From contig JBDHHQ010000112.1 in NCBI GenBank assembly GCA_039589315.1, positions 1-30,122 of the forward strand: a DNA stretch of 30,122 bases. Reading direction: 5' to 3'. The position numbers and the translations under genes are program-made. Shown one piece after another: positions 25,820 to 30,122 of the stretch. Under the pieces are notes generated by a model. The model saw only the letters and a program-made list of their open reading frames with translations. It was not told the DNA's origin and did not search any database. This stretch comes from Gemmatimonadota bacterium (lineage in GTDB: Bacteria > Gemmatimonadota > Gemmatimonadetes > Longimicrobiales > Gaopeijiaceae). How positions within the stretch are numbered: the stretch's first letter is position 1; each line of letters begins with the position of its first letter.

Positions 25820-27235
25820 CTACAGCGCGAACCCCAGTATCAGATAGGCCCCTACCGTGATTCCGCCCGCGATCAGAGCATAGGGCAGTTGGGTGCGCAC
25901 GTGGTCGATGTGGTCGGTTCCGGCGGACATCGACGATATGATCGTGCTGTCCGAGATGGGGGAACAGTGGTCCCCGAAGATTCCCCCGCCCAGCACGGCG
26001 GCGATCACCAGAGTCGGATCGAGGCCCATCAGCTCCACCATCGAGAGCCCGATGGGCATCATGATGGCCCACGTGCCCCAGGAGGTGCCGGTGGCGAACG
26101 AGGCCATCGCCGCCAGCACGAAGAGCGTGGCCGGGATGACCCCGGGCGTCAGGCTCGCTTCCGCGGCTCTGGCCAGGAAGTCTCCCGTGCCGATGGCCCG
26201 GCAGGTGTCGCCGATGACGAACGCCAGGATGAGCAGGACGACGATCGGGATCAGGCCCCCGACGCCCTTCAGGAACATCTCCGTGCTCTCCGAGAACGTC
26301 ATGATGCCCTGGGCTCGGTACAGCACGGCCGCCACCGCCAGTGCGGTGCCGATCGCGTAGAACGCCGAGGCTGAGCCATCGCCGTTCATGGGATTCCCGT
26401 CGCCGGTGAGATACAGGGCGATCAGCACCGTGACCACGATCGTCAGCACCGGCGCAACGAGGTTGACGGCCCGCTGTGGCGCGCCGGGCTTGCTCGGGAG
26501 CATGAGCACCTCTGACGACACCAGCGGCTCGGCGCCGTCGCGGAGCAGCTTCCCCTCGTTCCGCACGCGCTGCTCCGCCGTCTTCATGGGACCCAGGTTC
26601 GTGTCCGTGATCGCGACGAAGAGGGCCAGCCCGATGGCGAGCCAAGCGTACAGGTTCAGCGGAATCGACAGCAGCATCGCCCGGAGCGGGTTGTCGATCG
26701 TGGCGACGCTCAGGAGCCCGATGATGTACGCGCCCCACGAATTGATGGGGATGACCGTGGCCTTGGCCGAGGCCGTCGAGTCGAGGATGTAGGCGAGCTT
26801 TTCCCGGGAAACCCGGAGGCGATCGAAGAGGGGTCGAGAGACGGGTCCCGAGACGAACACGCCGATGTTGGCCTCGACGAAGATCACGAAGCCGATGAGC
26901 CAGGCCATGGCTGCCGCCGACCGGCGATTCGTCGCGATCCCCCGCGCGGCGATGGCGTTCATGAAGCCCGCCACGCCACCGGAGTGCTGGATGAACGTGA
27001 TGAGGGCCCCGATCATGGCCGTCAGCAGGATCGTGAGGGTCCGCCCCCGGTCGGAGAACACGCCCACCATGGAGTCCACCGAGACGATGAGGCCCGTGAC
27101 CGGATTCCACTCACTTATGATCGTCCAGCCGACCCAGGTCCCCAGCAGCAGCGACACGTAGACCTGCCGGGTCTTGATGGCCAGTCCCAAGGCAACCAGC
27201 GGCGGGAGGAGCGACAGCCAGCCGTAGTCGGTCAC
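25820..27235 (-). CDS. NhaC-family transporter (copy 2), 471 aa
   Basis: GTG start in a GTGA overlap (MTDYGWLSLLPPLVA). Motifs SREKLAYILDSTA, SFATGTSWGT, GGIFGDHCSPISDSTI and DHIDHVRTQLPYAL. Confidence 0.92.
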   Translation of the reverse strand: MTDYGWLSLLPPLVALGLAIKTRQVYVSLLLGTWVGWTIISEWNPVTGLIVSVDSMVGVFSDRGRTLTILLTAMIGALITFIQHSGGVAGFMNAIAARGIATNRRSAAAMAWLIGFVIFVEANIGVFVSGPVSRPLFDRLRVSREKLAYILDSTASAKATVIPINSWGAYIIGLLSVATIDNPLRAMLLSIPLNLYAWLAIGLALFVAITDTNLGPMKTAEQRVRNEGKLLRDGAEPLVSSEVLMLPSKPGAPQRAVNLVAPVLTIVVTVLIALYLTGDGNPMNGDGSASAFYAIGTALAVAAVLYRAQGIMTFSESTEMFLKGVGGLIPIVVLLILAFVIGDTCRAIGTGDFLARAAEASLTPGVIPATLFVLAAMASFATGTSWGTWAIMMPIGLSMVELMGLDPTLVIAAVLGGGIFGDHCSPISDSTIISSMSAGTDHIDHVRTQLPYALIAGGITVGAYLILGFAL

Positions 27236-28665
27236 GGCCCGCTCAGCGCGAAACCGAAAGCGACGTAGAGCGCCAGCGACACGCCAGCGATGGCCAACGC
27301 ATAGGGCAGCTGGGTGCGCACGTGGTCGATGTGGTCCGCGCTCGCGGCCAGGGAGGCCACGATGGTGGAGTCGGAGATGGGCGAGCTGTGATCTCCGAAG
27401 AGACCACCCCCGAGCACGGCTGCGACCGCCAACCCGGGATGGATGTCCAAGAGGCTCGCCATGGGAATGGCGATGGGGATCATGATGGCCCAGGTGCCGA
27501 ACGAGGTCCCGGTGGAGAACGCGGTGAAGCCGGCGACGGCGAACAGGGCGGCGGGCACCAGTGGTGGGCCGAGGCCGGCCTCGGCCGCACGGGCCACGTA
27601 CGGCCCCGTCCCCATAGCCACGCACGCGTCCCCGATGGCGAAGGCGAGGACCAGGAGGAGCCCCACCGGCGTCAGGGCCCCTACACCCTTCATGAACATG
27701 TCGGTGACCTCGGCCAGGCTCAGGATCCCCCGACCCAGATAGAGGCTCGCCGCCGCCCCCAGTCCCAACAGGACTGCCCAGAACGCTGACACCGATCCGG
27801 ACCCGTTCATCAGGTTCCCGTCGCCGGTGACCCAGAGGAGAACAGGCAGTGCGGACACGACCGTGACCACGGGGATCACCAGGTTGGAGGCCGCGGGCCG
27901 TACCCCCGGCTTCACGGGGACGGCCAGCGCCTCGGGAGCCACGAGCGGCTCGGCGCCGTCCCGCAGCACCTTGCCCTCCTCGCGAACGCGACGCTGCGCG
28001 GCCGCCATGGGGCCGAAGTCCCGATCCGACACGGCGACGACGAGTGCCGCCACCACGGCCAAGATCGCGTAGAAGTTCAGCGGAACCGCGCTGGCCAGCA
28101 GGCCAACGGGCGCCGTCACGTCCTGCGTGACCAGGAGGCCCACGATGTACGCGCCGAAGGTGTTGAGCGGCAGCATGAGGGACTTGGGCGAGCACATCGA
28201 ATCCAGGATGTAGCTCAGCTTCTCGCGCGAGATCTTCAAGCGATCGAAGAGGGGACGGGTGACCGCTCCGGAGATGAGGGGGCCGATCGTCGACTCGACG
28301 AACACCACGCCGGCCAGGGCCCACGCCAGGAACCCGGCCGACCGTCGCGATCTCACAAGGCCACGGTCGGTGAGCCACCCGATCAACCCCGCCATCCCAC
28401 CCGAGTACTGGGAAAACGTCAGGAGCGCGCCGATCATCACACTGAGCATGATCAGCATGGTCCGGTCCGCGTCGGCGAACACCTGGACCACGCTTTCCAC
28501 CGACGCGGCCAGCCCGGCCAGAGGATTCCATCCGCTGAGGATGGTCCAGGCCATCCAGATACCCGCGAAGAGCGACAGGTAGACCTGCTTGCTCCAGATC
28601 GCGAGTCCGATGGCCAGGAGCGGGGGGACGACCGACAGGAAGCCCAGGGTCGCGGCGTCGCTCAC
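27232..28665 (-). CDS. NhaC-family transporter (copy 1), 477 aa
   Basis: GTG start in a GTGA overlap with the M28 stop. Motifs SREKLSYILDS, AFSTGTSFGT, GGLFGDHSSPISDSTI and DHIDHVRTQLPYAL. Confidence 0.92.
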   Translation of the reverse strand: MSDAATLGFLSVVPPLLAIGLAIWSKQVYLSLFAGIWMAWTILSGWNPLAGLAASVESVVQVFADADRTMLIMLSVMIGALLTFSQYSGGMAGLIGWLTDRGLVRSRRSAGFLAWALAGVVFVESTIGPLISGAVTRPLFDRLKISREKLSYILDSMCSPKSLMLPLNTFGAYIVGLLVTQDVTAPVGLLASAVPLNFYAILAVVAALVVAVSDRDFGPMAAAQRRVREEGKVLRDGAEPLVAPEALAVPVKPGVRPAASNLVIPVVTVVSALPVLLWVTGDGNLMNGSGSVSAFWAVLLGLGAAASLYLGRGILSLAEVTDMFMKGVGALTPVGLLLVLAFAIGDACVAMGTGPYVARAAEAGLGPPLVPAALFAVAGFTAFSTGTSFGTWAIMIPIAIPMASLLDIHPGLAVAAVLGGGLFGDHSSPISDSTIVASLAASADHIDHVRTQLPYALAIAGVSLALYVAFGFALSGP

Positions 28666-30122
28666 GGGATCGCTATGGAGGCGATCGCCTCTTCCGTGGC
28701 ACGCCGCAACGCGTCGGACAACCGGTTGCGCGCCCTCAACAACTCGGTGTGAAGCAGGTGGGACAGCTCGGCTTCGGGCGGCGTGTCGGCCAACAGCTTC
28801 AGGTCGTGAAGAGCGGGGACCGGGCTGGACAGCGCCTCGAGTCCCACTCGGTCCTGGGCGTACCGGCCGCCCCACGTCTCGAAGGCCGGCAGGAGGAGTC
28901 GGCTGAGGCGCATCAGTCCGCGGTTGAGCCGCTCCACCCGTCCTCGGTCGCCGGCACCCGAGGACGCGCCGACGGCCGCGTCATGGAGCCGCGCCACGGC
29001 CTCCGTGAACGGCTCCAGCGGCAGGTCGAGCTCGAATCGTCCGCCCGCCAGGTCCCGCATCTCGGCCACGGACGAGGTGATGCGGGAGGCGCTGGCACGG
29101 AAGTCCATGGGCAGCACCGGGGCGGTGCACATCTCCCACACGTAGGCAGCGTACACACGGGCGTGGTCCAGGTACCGCATCGGGTCCAGCTTGTCGATGG
29201 TGTCCGCCATGCTGTGCCACCACCAACCGCCCCGGGCTCCGCCCCACGCCGCGATCTGCTCTTCGCTGAAGTGAAAGCGACCCTCCAGCGCCGGGAGTCC
29301 AAGCCCGAAGAACGGGTGCTCGTTGTCTCGGGTCAGATGGCGGTGACCGGTCTCCGTGCCCAGGACGTCCCGCTCCACCCGCTGGTGGAATGCCGTCAGC
29401 TCGGGCGTCGAGTCGGCCAGGTAGAAGGCGGAGTGGGCGAACCCGATGGAGTCGACGTTCAGGTACGCCACGCCGTGGGCGTCCAGGTCGTCCCAGTAGC
29501 GGTCCCCGAACCAGGTCGAGCCCTCGTAATCGCCCACCTCGTGGCCGTTCCAGAACGCGAAGACGATGTCGCGGACCAATGCCTCGGGGTCAGCGCAGAG
29601 AACCCGTGCCATCTCGAGCATGAGGGCATTCCCGCCCCCGTTGTCCGTCATGCCGGGGGTCCATGCGTCGTAATGGCCGCCGACCAAAAGAAAGTCACCC
29701 GTCGGGTTGCCGGGTGCGCGGAGTCGTGCCCACGGCTGGGTCATGGGCCCCCAGTCCCGGGTGGCCTGGGCCAGAACACGGGCGCGGACCGGGCCCTGAG
29801 CCATTCGTTCGATGAGGGCGTCCCCCGCCGCTCGACTGACGCCGAGGGCGGCGATCTGCGGAACGTCGGCCATCATGTCCCGGGTGGGGTTCCCCCAGAC
29901 GCACTTGATGGCCCCGCAGGGAATGGTGTCGAACTCGGGCAGTCCCCAGTTGAGGAAGACGATGGCGCTGGCACCGTGATCCGCCGCGATCCTGGCCTTC
30001 ACGGGCCGGGACGGTCCAGACGCTATCTCCGTGACGACGCCGACACCTCGCACGTTCCGGCCTTCGTAGTCGGCCGCGGCCCCGCCTCCCAGATAGATCA
30101 GATCGAGCTCCAGACCCTCGTC
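28662..30122 (-). CDS. M28 family peptidase with PA domain; 5' end lies outside the window
   Basis: The frame is open to the window end (DEGLELDLIYLGGG..DYEGRNVRG, PA-domain-like). Motifs GGHYDAW, TDNGGG, YLNVDS and WWWHSMADT. Confidence 0.88.
   Translation of the reverse strand, partial: DEGLELDLIYLGGGAAADYEGRNVRGVGVVTEIASGPSRPVKARIAADHGASAIVFLNWGLPEFDTIPCGAIKCVWGNPTRDMMADVPQIAALGVSRAAGDALIERMAQGPVRARVLAQATRDWGPMTQPWARLRAPGNPTGDFLLVGGHYDAWTPGMTDNGGGNALMLEMARVLCADPEALVRDIVFAFWNGHEVGDYEGSTWFGDRYWDDLDAHGVAYLNVDSIGFAHSAFYLADSTPELTAFHQRVERDVLGTETGHRHLTRDNEHPFFGLGLPALEGRFHFSEEQIAAWGGARGGWWWHSMADTIDKLDPMRYLDHARVYAAYVWEMCTAPVLPMDFRASASRITSSVAEMRDLAGGRFELDLPLEPFTEAVARLHDAAVGASSGAGDRGRVERLNRGLMRLSRLLLPAFETWGGRYAQDRVGLEALSSPVPALHDLKLLADTPPEAELSHLLHTELLRARNRLSDALRRATEEAIASIAIP

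Noticed and set aside
27236..28531. 903-aa ORF suggesting a giant NhaC fusion
   Set aside because: The upstream part is an off-frame read of NhaC copy 1. The real start is the GTG at 27235.

Overview
Very GC-rich bacterial DNA. The gene content (ADOP-type permease, many Tat/Sec-exported hydrolases, small beta-rich lipoproteins) is reminiscent of Gemmatimonadota, which is an inference only. The window has about 25 genes and is dominated by peptide/amide catabolism: M20 (AbgB-like), two M24, an M16 pair, two M19, M28, an OPT transporter, two tandem NhaC-family transporters, and a DUF917/hydantoinase-AroM-OPT locus. It also carries an ALG5-like glycosyltransferase, xth, DinB, TlpA, a HipA-like kinase + DUF3037 pair and a degenerate sigma-54-type regulator. 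I saw no rRNA, tRNA, CRISPR array, transposase or integrase. The most notable observations are: (1) an FhlA-like enhancer-binding protein that has lost all ATPase and sigma-54-contact motifs but keeps its HTH and sits behind three ACGA-N4-TCGT palindromes; (2) a probably leaderless, translationally coupled HipA-like kinase/DUF3037 operon with no HipB; (3) a DUF917 gene broken by a short frameshifting deletion; (4) several exported peptidase homologues with non-canonical active-site residues; (5) a frameshifted gene remnant at 22.9-23.0 kb that is absent from the ORF track. All family calls come from motif recognition by eye, not from database searches.
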